A stretch of 64,000 nt of DNA from Squalus acanthias (lineage: Eukaryota), in contig JASTWF010000029.1 in assembly GCA_030390025.1 (NCBI GenBank), positions 3,844,001 to 3,908,000 on the forward strand, written 5' to 3'. Shown one piece after another: positions 38,314 to 51,745 of this stretch (position 1 is its first letter; each line of letters begins with the position of its first letter). The notes beneath the pieces are model-generated. The model made no database searches. It was not told where the DNA came from and was given only the letters and a program-made list of their open reading frames with translations. The translations under genes and the position numbers were made by a program.

Positions 38314-41300
38314 ATTATATCTGAGTGCACGAAGCACTCACCACAAAATAGATGAATTAAAAGCGCAGATAGAAATAAATGGGTTTGTTTTAATAGCCAT
38401 TATAGAGACGTGGTTGCAGAGTGAACAACGTTGTGAACTAAGTATTCCAGGATATTTGACCTTTGGAATAAACAGTTGCAATGGAGAAAGAGGAGTGGTA
38501 GCCTTGATAATAAAGGAGGGAATAAAAACAGTAGAGAGAAATAATCTTGGCTCGGAAAAACAATCTGTAGAATCAGTTTGTGTGAAGCTAAGAAACAACA
38601 AGGGGGAGATAATAGCAGTGGGAAAAGTCTATAGGCCCCCGAACAGTGGTTGTAATGGCGGGCAGACGATAAATTAGGAAATTGGAGATGCATGTAACAA
38701 GGCTAATCCAGTAAGCATGGGGGACTTTAACTTTCATATAGACTGGGATAACCAAATTTGCAAAAAATAGAGAAGAGGAAAAGTTAATGCAATACATTCA
38801 AGATAGTTGTCAAGGAACCTACGATGGAATTGGTTACTTTAGATCTAGTACTGTGCAATGAGAGAGGGTTAATTAATCACCTTGTAGTAAAGGAGCCTCT
38901 GGGGCGCAGTGATATTAATATGATAGAATTTTATGTTGAGTTTGAGAGTGATTTCGTTAAGCCCGAAGCAAGGGTCCTAAACCTGACCAAAGCCAACTGC
39001 GTAGGTATGAAAGACGAGTTGGGTCTGGTCGATTAAGAAACGAGGTTAAAAGATAGGACAGTAAAAAAACAATTGCAAACAATTGAAGAAATGATTCATA
39101 ATTCGCAACGACTTTTCATTGCCTTAAGGAATAAAAATACCACGGGACAAAATGTTCCAACTATGGCTAACAAAAGAAATTAAAGATAGTATTAGATTAA
39201 AGGAAGAGGCTTATAATGTTGCTAAAAAGATAAGCAAGCCTGAGGATTGGGAGGATTTTAGAATTCAGCAAAGGAGCTCCAAGAAATTAATGAGGAAAGG
39301 GAAAATGGTATGTGAGAGTAAACTTGCGACAGACATAAATACAGACTGTAAAATCTTCTATATGTATCACAAGAGGTAAACTTCCGCGAAAATAAAGGTG
39401 AAATTACAGGCTGAGACAGGATAAATTATAATGGGGTATAAGGAAATGACAGAGAAATTAAACAAATACATTGTGTCTGTTTTCACAGAGGAAGATGCAA
39501 AAAACCTCCCGGAAATACTGGAGAACCAAGGGTCTAGCGAAAATCAGGAACTGAAAGAAAGTAGTATTAGTAAGAAAAAGCACTGGAGAAATTAATGGGA
39601 CTGAAAGCTTATAAATCCCCTGGACCTGATGCCACGCATCCGAGGGTTTTAAAAGTGCTGGGTATAGACATAGTGGATGGATTAGTTGTCTTCTTCCAAA
39701 ATTCCATTTATTCTAGAACGTTTCCTGTGGATTGGAAGGTGGCAAATGAAACCCCACTATTTAAAAAATGAGGGGGAGAGAAAAGGGGAACTACAGACCA
39801 GTTAGCCTCACATCAGTAGTAGTGCAAATGCTAGAATCTATTATTAAGGAGGTGGTAAAAGGGTACTTACAAAATATATTAGGATGGGACAGAGTCAAAA
39901 CGGATTTATGACAGGGAAATTATGTTTGACGAATCTGTTAGAGGTTTTTGAGGTTGTAACTGGCAGAAGTGATAAGGGGGAAGCAGTGGATGTGGTGTAT
40001 TTGGATTTTCAGACGGTATTCGATAAGGTGCCACACAAAGGTTATTGAACAAAATTAGGGATCATGGGATTCGGGCGAACATAATAGCATGGCTTGAGGA
40101 TTGGTTAACGGACTGAAAACAGAGTGTAGGAATAAACGGTTCATTTTCGTGTTGGGAGGCTGTACCTCGTGGGGTACCGCAAGGCTCAGTGCTTGGGCCA
40201 CAGCTATTCACAATCTAAATCAATGATTTGGATGAGGGGACCAAATGTAACATATCCAAGTTTGCTAATGACACAAACCTAGGTGGGACTGTAAGTTGTG
40301 AAGATAATGCAAAGAGGCTTCAGGGGTATATAGACAGACGAGGTGATTGGGCAAGAAGCGGGCAAATGGAATATAATGTGGAGAAATGTGAAGTTATCCA
40401 CTTTGGTAGGGAAAATAGAAAAGCAGTGTATTATTAATGGTAAGAGAATGGGCAATGTTGCTATTCAGAGGGACCTGGGTGTCCTTGTACACGAATCACT
40501 GAAAATTAAAATGCAGGTACAGCAAGCAATTAGGAATGTAAATGGTATGTTGGCGTTTATTGCAAGAGGATTTGAGTACAAGAGTACAGGCGTCTTCCCG
40601 CAATTGTATAGGGCCCTGGTGATACCACACCTGGCATATTGTGCACAGTTTTAGTCTTCTTACCTAAGGAAGGATATACTGGTCATGGAGCGTGTGCAAC
40701 GAAGGTTCACCAGACTGATCCTGGGATGGGGGGATTGACCAACCGAGGAGAGATTGAGTAGACTCGGGCTATATTCTCCAGCGTTTAGATGAATGAGAGG
40801 TGATCTCATTGAAACATATACAATTCTTACAGGGCTTGACAGGGAAGATGCAGGAAGGATCTTTCCCCTGGCTGGGGAGTCTCGAACCAGGGGTCACAGA
40901 CTCAGAATAAGGGGTCAGTCATTTTGGACTGAGATGAGGAGAAATTTCATCACTCAAATGGTTGTGAATCTTTGGAATTCTCTACCCCAGACGGCTTTGG
41001 AGGGTCAGTCGTTGAGTAAATTCAAGACAGAGATCGATAGATATTTGTATCTTAAGGGAATCAAGGGATATGCGGATAGTGCTGGAAAGTGGAGATGAGG
41101 TAGCAGATCAGCCATGATGTTATTGAATGGCGGAGCAGGCTCGAGGGGCCGAATGGCCTACTCCTGCTCCTGTTACTTCTGTTCATATTTTCTTATGAAA
41201 CCGGTAGTGCTAGGGTCTATCGGTAATTCAGTGCTGGTTAGTGAGATGGAGGAGCGCTGGACCGGGTGGTACTAGGATCTAACGGTAAATTACTGCTGGT

Positions 41301-42129
41301 TATTGAGATGGAGGGGTAGTGGGAAGGATACCACTAGGGTCGGTAGGTGAATTGATGTATCTTATTGAGGTGAACGCATGTAAAGGAAATAATGTTAGTC
41401 GATTCACTGCTGTTCAGAATATTGAAGGTATATTGAAGTGACTTGTACTGTACCCGCAGGTACTTGCAGAGGGTTCCATAGGATATACAGCACAGAAACA
41501 GGCCATTCGGCCCAAACAGTCTATGTCGACGTTTACGCTCCACTCGACACTTCTTACTTTTTTCCTCATCTAACACTGTCAGCGTAACCTTCAACTCCAT
41601 ACTCCCTCATATGCGTGTCTCGGCTCCTCTTAAACGAATCTATCCTATTAGCTTCAAACACTCCCTGTGGTATCGAGTTCCACATTCTTACCCCTCTCAT
41701 GGTAAAGATAATTTTTTCATGTATTCTCTATTTGATTTCTTGTCCTATACCTTACATTGATGGCCACTAGTTTTTCTCTTCCCCGCTAGTGGAAACACAA
41801 TCGCTGTGTCTGCTCTCTGAAAACCATTCACAACCATAATTACCTGTATTAGGTCACCCCTCAGCCTTATCTTTTCGATAGAAAAGAGACCCAGCCTGTT
41901 CATCCTTTCCTGAAAGGTGTAACTTCGCATTTCTGGTATCATTCTTGTAAATCTTTTTTCCACCTTCTCTAGTTCCTTGATATCCTTTTTGCAATATGGC
42001 CACCATTATTGTTAGGAATTGGCTAAAGGTGAGTCACGCTTGTTGAGATAGTCTCCGTCGAATATCGATAAAGCCTCGAAATTTGGCGGTGGGATGATGG
42101 AATACAAAGATTTGATGTGCTGGTCACAG

Positions 42130-42975
42130 GACTTAGTGGCAGGAGGCAGAGGGTGATGTTCGAAGCTTGTTTTTGTGACTGGAAGCCTGTGTCCAGTGGT
42201 GTACCGCAGGGATCGGTGCTGGGTCCTTTGCTGTTTGCTGTGTACATTAATGATTTAGATATGAATGTAGGAGGTATGATCAGTAAGTTAGCAGATGACA
42301 CGAAAATTGATGGAGTGGGAAATAGCGAGGAGTTAAGCCTTAGGCTGCAGGATGATATAGACGGGTTGGTCAGATGTGCAGAACAGTGGCAAATGGAATG
42401 TAACACTGAAAAGTGGGAGGACTAACAAGGCAAGGGAATACAGAATGAATGGTAGGACCCTCGGAAGGATGTGATTGCATTGGAGAGCGTGCAGAGGAGA
42501 TTCAACAGGCTGTTACCTGGGCTGGAGCGCTTCAGCTATGAAGAGAGACTGGACACGCTGGGGTTGTTTCCTTAGAGCAGAGAAGGCTGAGGGGGGACAT
42601 GATTGAGTTGTAGAAAATTATGAGAGGCATAGATAATGTAGCTAGAAAGGAACTTTTCCCCTAAGTGGAGGAGTCAACAACCAGGCGGCATAGTTTCGAG
42701 TTAAGGGGCAGGAGGTTTAGAGGGGATTTGAGGAAAAACATTTTCACCCAGAGGGTGGTTGGAATCTGTAACTCACTGCCTGAAACGGTGGTAGTGGCAG
42801 GAATCCTCACAATATTCATGAAGCATTTATATGAGCACTTGAAACGCCAGAGCAAACAAGGCTGCGGACCAAGTGCTGGCAAATGGGTTTAGAATAGACA
42901 GGGCTTGATGGCCGGCGCAGACACGATGGGCCGAAGGGCATCTTTCTGTGCTGTATAACTCTATGACTCTATGAA
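42130..42975 (+). mobile_element. CR1 3' fragment with an internal deletion (paralogue starts ~63720; absent in unit A)
   Basis: ORF 42117-42425 reads SGVPQGSVLGPLLF...ADDTK. The tail is CTCTATGACTCTATG. Confidence 0.85.
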
Positions 42976-43748
42976 CCTCTCGCTTTTAAATAAACAGCAA
43001 TATTAACCTTTAATTTTAAATTTTAGGAGTGCCTATACTACAACTGTGACTACATTTTCTTTATGTCATGCTTTTTTCTCGTCTTTCTTTTTCTATTTTT
43101 CTCTCCCTTTCCTTCTTTCTGCATAATATAAAGTTTCTGACTGGTATCAGTAAATGGAATAGAAGTGTCCGGTGGAATTTTGATTTTATTAAACAGGCAC
43201 GCCAGGGTTAATGATCAGACTATGTGTTATGAAATCCTAAAAGCAAAGCCAAATACTGCAGATGCTGGAAATCTGAACTAAAAGCAGAACATTCTGGAAA
43301 CAATCAGCAGGTTAGACAGCATCTTTAGTAATTGCACAACAGGTACTGAAAGGAGTGATAAATATAGGGACAATATTATTTAAATTCATAATATTCCTTA
43401 AGTTTCGTTTTGCTTTATGCTAATATACTTTATAAGTTGTGGCCCTCTAAAAGCGGGATTGTTTGATAGTCTTTTTGATTGATAACACTGGAGAATCCCA
43501 TTGTCTCCTTATACTTTTATTAATGAAGTGTCACCTGTGGAAATTCTTGTTAGGATTGTGGAACGTGTCTCAGTGTATGAAGGTGCAGCATTTATCATTG
43601 TCATCGGGGCTTTATCTAATTGGAAGTTCCGCAGTTGTTGTTAAAAGTCTTGGAGTGAAAATTGTTGACATCATCTTCTTGTTCAGTGACTGTAATTAAA
43701 CCCAGTCAGCAGGGGAACCGAATTTCTGACTGGATGGATTCTCTCTCC

Positions 43749-43755
43749 TATAAAT
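43749..43755 (+). promoter_or_regulatory. Candidate TATA box of GPCR copy 3
   Basis: TATAAAT lies 97 bp upstream of the ATG at 43846. Confidence 0.55.
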
Positions 43756-43845
43756 AAGGGGAATCTTCTCAATGTGTCAATCGGAGAATTGCTCCCAGCA
43801 TCACCACCAACCATCGAATCATCTATTCTAACAGAAAGGCGTAAA

Positions 43846-43942
43846 ATGTCTCTTGGATTTCAAATCAAGCTCAAGATTCTATGGGCGATTAATGATATAC
43901 AAAAGATTTACTACCCCATCCTGGCTGCGGTCGGAGTCCCGG
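43846..43942 (+). CDS. GPR139-like GPCR copy 3, exon 1
   Basis: 97 nt encoding MSLGFQIKLKILWAINDIQKIYYPILAAVGVP, ending at a phase-1 donor G|GTAAGT. Confidence 0.9.
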
Positions 43943-45631
43943 GTAAGTCATTACCTGCAGCTGGTACTTCAAGAACTGGAGATTAACAGAATGTAGCATC
44001 TTAGTCCGTGTGTCCAGCTCTTTATTTTATTAATTTCCACACATTAGAGCAGTGAATAAAGTTCAAAAATACTTTGTTGTCTGTAAAGTGTTTTGGGGTA
44101 ACCTGACGTCATGAATGGTGCTGTATGAATGAAAGTTCTTTTTTCATTCTCCCTCACGCTCTTTCTCTCTTCTGTGTGTTTTTATATCAATGACTTAGAT
44201 TTCAATGTCGGGGACATGATTAACAAGATTCCAGATGATACAAAAATTGGACGTGTGGTTGCTAGTGAGGAAGAAAGCGGTAGATTGCAGGAAGATGGGC
44301 AGAAAGTGGCAAATGGAATTGAATCCGGAGAAGTATGAGTTAGTGGATAAGGGGAGGGCTCACAAGGCAAGTGAATGCACAATAAATGGAACGATATTGA
44401 ACATTGTAGAGCAACAGAAGAACATTGGACTGCATATCCACAGATACCTGAAAGTAGCAGAAGAGGTCGATAAGCTAGTTAAGAAGGCATATGGGATACT
44501 TTCCTTTATTAGACAAGGCATAGAATATAAGGGCACGGAGATTCAGCTTGATATGTATAAAATATTAGTTTGGCCACAGCTAGATTACTGCATACAGTTA
44601 TGGTCAACAAATTCCTAGAAAGATGTGATTGCACTAGACAGGCTACAGAGAAGATTTGAGAGGATGTTGCCAGGTCTGGAGAATTTTATCAATGAGTAAA
44701 GATTACAAAGGCCTGGGTTGATTTCTTTGGAACAGAGGAGGCTGAGGGGAGACATAATTGAATTGTATCAAATTATGTGTGTCCTAGATAGAGTGTATTG
44801 GAAGGATCTATTTCCCAGAGAACAGTTTCTAGTGCCCTCACTGTACTGTTCCCTACCACAAAACGTTCCTCTTCACTCCCCCACTTGCACTGCCTCCGGT
44901 ACCACGGTGAAGTGGTCAGTTTGCTCATCCACCCTGCAGACTTTGCCCTCATTCATACAGGCAACAAGAACGTCGTACGTGTTGGATAAGGGCAAAGGCC
45001 GAGTTTCCTCCAGCACTGCACCTGAGTCGAATTCACAGCCTCCTGTCCCTGACCACTAACCAGACGTGGATCAAAGTGTCCAAGTAACTCTCACCTGCCC
45101 TGATGCCCCACGATGGCTTCGCCTCGGAAACTAGCTCAAGAAATCTGAGCTGAAATTGCTCGAGATGCCGACATTTATTGCATAAATGTTCGTCCGCGAT
45201 TGCGATACTCTCCACAAACTCACACATGCTGCAGTTGTGGCACACCACCGGCACCGCCATCCATATATATCCTTATTTATTTATTTAATTTATTAAAGTT
45301 TATGTATTTAATTAACTTAGATTTTAGTTTTGTCTTTAATCAATTACAAGTTCTAGTTTAATTTACAGGTAGATTTACTTAAATATTTACCTGTAACACA
45401 AAGCACTACAAGTATTGTTGGCTAAAAGCAGCAACTCGTTCCCCCTCTGCACTGAATTCCCATTCTCTCCAAATTCCCAACTTTAACACGTTGTTTAGAA
45501 ACACTCCGTTTAAGATCATTCTGTCCAGTCCACTATGCAAATCTACTCCGTTACCTTACATGAAACAAATCAAAGTACTGTATGTGCCTAGTTTTCGGTG
45601 AATAATTTCAATTTTTTCCTCTTGCTTACAG

Positions 45632-46527
45632 TTAACGTGGTTACGATTGCGATCCTGTCTCGGAGAAAGTGCGGCCTCTCCAAATGTGTCACTCACTACC
45701 TGGTGGCCATGGCAGGGGCAGATCTACTGGTTGTGATCATCGATCTGATACTAAGGCAGATTCCTATTGTTTATCGGGAACTATTCATGTTTGTACAGTA
45801 CCTTAGAATATGTAATATTCATGCCATTCTACTTCATGCCGCTACAGACTTCTCTGTCTGGTTCACCGTAACTTTCACCTTTGATCGATTTGTGGCCATT
45901 TGTTGCCAGAAGCTGAAATCTAAATATTGCAACGAGAAAACGGCGGCTGTTGTTTTAGGAACAGTGACTCTGCTGAGCTGTTTGAAGAACATTTTCTGGT
46001 ATTTTCTGTATACAAGTGAATATTTTCTTTCTAACGATCCCTGGTTTTTCCTCGTGCCATTCAGTGTACATCACTCGCTGGCCTGGGCCATCGTTGAATT
46101 AATGCATTATATTTTAACGCCATTTGTTCCATTTATTTTGATTCTACTGTTCAATGCATTAATGGTGAGACACATTTTAGTGGCCAGCAGAGCCCGCAGC
46201 AGACTCCGAGGTCAGAGCAGTGGCGAGAGTCCCAGTGACCCAGAGATGGAGAGCCGAAGGAAATCCATGATTGTACTGTTTGTTATATCAGGGAATTTCA
46301 TACTGCTGTGGGTGGTGTTCATGTTTTGTTCTTTCTGGAAACGATTGGATTACTTGGGATATTCTGTTTCTCTGCCCAAATTTGTAACGGAAATCGGCTT
46401 CATACTCCAGCTCCTAAGTTGCTGCACCAACACTTTTATTTATGCAGTGACCCAGAGGAAATTCAGAGAGGAACTAATGAATGGTGTGAAATATCCCATT
46501 GCAATGATGATGAAATTAATTCGATGA
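45632..46527 (+). CDS. GPR139-like GPCR copy 3, exon 2 (spliced product 330 aa)
   Basis: Acceptor CTTGCTTACAG|TT; 97+896 = 993 nt open. Motifs: GVPVN, LVAMAGADL, TFDRFVAIC, NTFIY, RKFREEL. Confidence 0.92.
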
Positions 46528-46914
46528 AATGACCTAACACTATCTAACATTATTATGTAGTTTTGTTTGATATTCTGTAGAATCCATTATCGGTCTCCTT
46601 TAATTCTTTGGCTTGGATTTTGTGTTGTTGATTTTGGTGAAACTGGCAGTTTTGAAGATCCCATAAATACAGAGTTACAATCAAAATAACATTGAGAAAG
46701 CTAGTTTTCTCCACAGAAATTGCAAGATCTTTCTGTGCAGCAGCGATGACCATTCCTTCGTCACTGACTGCAAATTCCGGGCCTTTATAATTTCTAAAGC
46801 ATTTCACAATCTGATTCCAACATCAAAGTAAGTTAATGTCTTAGTCCAGGAAGGTGTCGCCATTTTTCCAAGTGTGTGACCCAGACATGAGTAATTTAGA
46901 CAGGCGCTTTTAGC

Positions 46915-47110
46915 ACCATCCCTGGTCCCGGTACAGGACATGCCCGGGTCCCGCTGCAGCACACTCACGTCTAAGGTTAAAGCACACCCCTGGACGCAGT
47001 TCATTACATTGCCAGGTCCCAGTACAGCACACTCTCGGATCCTGTTAGAGAACATTCCTGGCCCCAGTACAGCACTCTCCCGTGTCCCGGTGCAGCACAT
47101 TCCCGGACGC
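46915..47110. repeat. Degenerate GC-rich minisatellite (CCCAGTACAGCAC-like units)
   Basis: Units include CCCGGTACAGGAC, CCCGCTGCAGCAC, CCCAGTACAGCAC (twice) and CCCGGTGCAGCAC. Confidence 0.6.
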
Positions 47111-47854
47111 TCGGATTCCACATCTGGAAAAATCAGGTGGCCAGACCGCTTAAAGTGGCTGAGTGATTTAACTGAAACGGAATAGACACCTGCAGCAGCC
47201 CCAGTTCATCACTGTTTGCAGTTTTTGATCAGGGATATACTTTATATGAATCCAATGTGGTGTATCGATTAAACTAATGTTAAACCATATTATGGAATAT
47301 TGTTAAATTCTGATTAATATAAAACACCCTGGGGACATTCATTCCGCCATCTATGCTGTTATTTGTGCCGAAGCTGTTGGAATCAATTGTCCAGCAAGAC
47401 TTTACCCTCTGTTAATTTAATCCAGCTGTGGTTTTAAGAGGTGTGTCCAATGCGAAATACTCGGAATTTAAAATTGGTTCAAAATGGTTTGTTCAATGCG
47501 TTAATATCCGTTGTTATAAATTGATTAATATCCGGTGTGTTAAATGGGTCAATACCCGTCACACAATAGACTGCGGAATTTTAATCTGACAGCTTCAAGA
47601 TTCACATAATAATTCCACAGAAAGTCATTCACAGGTTTAGAAGCGTAACCTGTCCTTGTATTTTCCATAATCCTGGTCTTCTCGACCGAGTCGTACAACG
47701 ACAACAATAACACACAATTTCTGTGAAATGCCATCGATCTGGAACATTAACTTTGTTTCACTTTCCACAGTTGTGACCTGACCTGCTGAGTATTTCCGGT
47801 ATTTTCTGCTTTTATTTCAGATTTCCAGCACGTGCAGTTTTTTGCTTTTGATCA

Positions 47855-48565
47855 ATAAAAACGACTTGCATTTCTGTAGCGCCTTTAGCACAGTAAAACG
47901 ACGCAATGCGCTTCACAGGAGCGTCATCAGACACAATCAGACACCATGGAGGTATTAGTACAGGTGGCAAATGGATGGTGGAATATGTAGATTTTAAGGA
48001 GTGTCTTGAAGCTGGAGAGAAAGGTAGAGAGGCGGAGAATTTTAGGAAGGGAATTCCAGAGCTTAGGACCTAGGCAGCTGATGGCACGGCCACAATGCTG
48101 GAGCGATGGAAATCAGGGGCATGCAAGCCGCCAGAACTGAAGGAGTTCAGAGTTCCTGGAGGGTTGACTTCTGGAGGAGCTTACAGAGATTGCGCGGAGC
48201 GAGAACATGGATCGATTTCAAAAGAGGAATGAGACTTTTTAAATCGAGGCATTGCTGAACCGGCAGCTAATGCAGGTCAGCGAACACGGAGGTGATATGT
48301 GATTGGGACTAAGTGCGAATTACGTTACAAGGAGCAGAGGTATGGATGAGCTCAAGTTGCGAAGGTGCAAGTTGGGAGGCCGAACATGACCGCATTGGAA
48401 TAGTCGAGTCTAGAGGTAACAGGGGCACGGATGAGGGTGTCAGAAGCAGATATGCTGAGGCAGGGTCGGAGATGGGCAATGTTACTGAGGTGGAAGTAGG
48501 CAGTCTTGGTGCTGGAGCGGATATGGGGTCGGAAATTCATCTCAGGGTCAAATAGGGCGCCAGGT
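47855..48565 (-). mobile_element. L2 LINE 3' fragment
   Basis: ORF 48352-48639(-) reads TAYFHLSNIAHLRP.L....TLI.A.VTSRLDYSNA. The L2 tail is at ~47860. Confidence 0.88.
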
Positions 48566-48569
48566 TTGC

Positions 48570-49270
48570 AAATGTTCTGGTAAAGTCTCCTATTATCTCT
48601 ATCATATATGTCATGCACCTTCCAGTAATATTCTTGCAAACCTGCTTCACAATCTACATCCCACTCTTTGTTGGCCTATAAAATACACCAAGCAGCGTAA
48701 TAGCTTCTCTATTGTTCCTTAACTCCAACCAAATGTTTTGTATTTAACCCTCTCGGGCATTTAAGCACTAAAATACTTCCCTTAAACGCATCTGCAACAA
48801 CTCCTCATTTATTCCTTGCATTTCTTCCTTGGATACCCCGTACCCAGGAATATTAAGCATCCAGTACACTTTTCAGGTCTCGTTATCGCCACAACATTAT
48901 ATTCTCATTGTGCTATTTCCGCTTGCAGCTCACCAACCTTATCAAGAAAACTTCGTGCATTTAAACACATGCGCTCAAAACGTAACTTAGACCTCTTTGT
49001 ATTTTCTATGATCTCTCCTAATTCTGTATTCCGTCTAACTGTAAGGATCTCTACCAGCCCTCTGTGCACTTTGATTCTACATTTTGATACTACATCTTGC
49101 TGCCCAACCCACTGCCGAATTAGTTTAAACCCTCTGCCTCGCAGTAGTTAACCTTCCGCGAGGATATTGGTCCCAGCTCGATTAAGGTGCAAGCCGTCCA
49201 ACTTCAACAGCTCCCTCCTGCCACAGAACTGGTCGCAATGTCGCAGGAATTTGAAGCCCCGCCCTGGTGC
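48570..49270 (-). mobile_element. CR1 ORF1/ORF2 junction fragment (continues at ~51750-52950 and ~55750-56120)
   Basis: Collinear with 31830-32530 and split by the RTE and young CR1 insertions. Confidence 0.75.
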
Positions 49271-51745
49271 TTCTTCTTCTTCTTAGGCAGTCCCTTGGAA
49301 CCGAGGATGACTTGCTTCCACATTAAAAATGAGTTCGCAGGTGACTGATGAGTCCAATGCGGTACCTACAGTCTCTGTCACAGGTGGGGCAGACGGTGAT
49401 TGAAGGAGCGGGTGGGTGGGGTGCTTGGGTTGACGTGCGCTCCTTGCGCTGCCTGCGCTTGGCTTCCGCTTGCTTCTGACGAAGAGACTCGAGGTGTTCT
49501 GCACCTTCCCGGATGCTTCTCCTCCACTTTGTGCCATCTTGGGCCAGGGATTCGCAGGTGTCGGTGGGGATATTACACTTTTTCAAGGAGGATTTGAGGG
49601 CGTCCTTGAAGCGTTTCCTCTGCTCACCTGGTGCACTTTTGCCGTGCCGGAGCTCCGAGTAGAGCGCTTGTTTTGGGAGTATTGTATCGGGCATGCAGAC
49701 AATGTGACCAGTCCATCGGAGCTGATCGATCGTGGTCAAAGCTTCGATGCTTGGGATGATGGCCTGAGCGAGGACACTGACGTTGGTGCGCCTATCCTGC
49801 CAATCGATTTGCAGGATCTTGCGGAGGCAGCATTGATGGTATCTCTCCAGTGCTTTGGGGTGCCTGCCATGGTCCATGTTTCTCAAGCATACAACAGGGC
49901 GGGTATCACTGCTGCTCTGTAGACCATGAGCTTAGTGCCGAGTTTGAGGTCCTGGTCTTCAAACACTCTCTTCCTCAGGCGGCCGAAGGCTGCACTGGCA
50001 CACTGAAGTCGGTGTTGGACTTCGTCATCGACGTCTGCCCTTGTTTACAGTAGGCCCCCGAGGTATGGAAAGTTGTTCACGTTGTCCAAGGCCTTGTCGT
50101 GGATTTTGCTAATCGGGTGGCAGTACTGTGTGGCAGGGGCAGGTTGGTAGAGCACCTTTGTCTTACGGATATTTAGTATAAGGCCCATGCTCTCGTATGC
50201 ATCGGTGAATGTGTTGACGAAGATTTAGAGTTCGACCTCAGAGTGAGCGCAGACGCAAGCGTCGTCTGCATACAGTAATTCGACGACAGAGGATGGGGCG
50301 ACCTTGGATCTGGACTGGAGGCGACGGAGGTTGAACAGTTTCCCGTTTGTTCTGTAAATTAGCTCCACTCACAGTGGGGAGCTTACTGAGATTGAGATGA
50401 AGCATTGCAGCAAGGAAGAGCGAGAAGAGCATTGGTGCGATGACACAGCCTTGCTTGAACACGGTTCGTACGTGAATTGGGTGTGTGGTGGAACTGTTGG
50501 TCAGGATTACAGATTGCAAGTCGTCGTGAAGCAGGCGGATGATAGTGACAAACTTTTGAGGGCAGCCGAATTTGAGGAGGACACTCCAAAATCCCTCACG
50601 GTTGACAGTGTCGAAGGCGTTTTTTGTGATCAAAGAAGGCCATGTACAGCGGTTGGTGCTGTTCCCTGCATTTCTCATGTAATTGAGGTGCAGTGAACAT
50701 CATGTCCATTGTGCCCCTCAGAGGGCGGAATCCGCATTGCAACTCTAGGAGAAGCTCTTCGGCCACTGGGAGAATGCGATTGAGGAGGATTCTTGCGATG
50801 ACTTTCCCTGTGGCAGACAAGCAGGGAAACTCCTCAATAATTACCGCCATCGGACTTGTCACCTTTCTTGAAGATGGTCACAATTACGGCATTTCTGAGG
50901 TCCCCTGGCATGCTCTCCTCCTTCCAGATAAGATAAATTAGTTTATGAATTCACGCCAGCAGTTGTTCTCCGCCATGCTTTAGTGCCTCGGCAGGGATTC
51001 CATCTGCTCCTGTGGCCTTGTTGTTCTTCAGTTGTCGGATGGCCTTTTCAACCTCATGTCGGGCTGGGGTTGTGCTGAGATGGTGGGGGGTAGCATGCTG
51101 CGGGATGGAGTTGAGGACACTCGCTTCGAAGACAGAGTCTCGGTTAAGGAGATCATCGAAGTGCTCCTTCCAGCGGGCACTGCCTGCCTCTCTGTCCTTG
51201 ATGAGTACCTCTCCGTTCTTGGCCCGCAGTGGGGTAGGGCCTTGGCTGCTTGGGCCACAGATGGTCTTTAATGCGCTAAAGAATCCATGCACATCGTGGT
51301 TGTCGGCTGGCTGCTGGATCTCATGCGCTTTCTCCACACACCACCTGTTCTTTAGGTCGCGAGTTTTTGTTGGACCTCGGCCTTCTTGCGGCTGTAGAGC
51401 TGCTTTCATGCTCTCGAGTTCTGTTGCTGTTTCCAGATCAGGAATGCCTTGCACTTGCGGCTTATTAGCTCCTGGATCTCCTGGTCGTTCTCGTCGAACC
51501 AGTCTTGGTGTTTCCTGGTCGAGTGACCGAGCGTCTCTTCACAGGTGCGGATTATGGAGGCCTTGATGCAGACCAGGCGCTGTGGGTACTCTGTGTCTCT
51601 GCATCACTGGGAGTCGTCAGGTTGTTTGTGAGTCACAGGCTGAATAGGGATTTCTCAGCGGGTCTTTGAGTGCTCCAGTGTTGATTTTCCTGCGGCATTG
51701 TTTCTGTTGCCGCCGCTGTTTTGGGGCTTAATTGATGGAGATCAT
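49271..51745 (-). mobile_element. RTE-clade LINE, 5' truncated
   Basis: Peptides KATGADGIPAE, QCGFRPLRGTMDM, AFDTVNR, KQGCVIAP, QLRWTGHI and a C-terminal CPTC...GLISHLRTH zinc finger. It ends in a (GAA)n 3' tail. Confidence 0.93.

Larger units (their letters stand above)
35430..41190 (+). mobile_element. Decayed full-length CR1 of unit B, carrying two MITE insertions
   Basis: 5' UTR AAGCAGTGACATC...GTGATTGGTTGG, ORF1 from ~36436 (GDSIVR), APE-RT fragments and a 3' tail at ~41100-41190. Confidence 0.88.

Noticed and set aside
43846-46527. Assigning the symbol GPR139
   Set aside because: Multiple divergent tandem paralogues are present, and orthology cannot be established without phylogeny and synteny.
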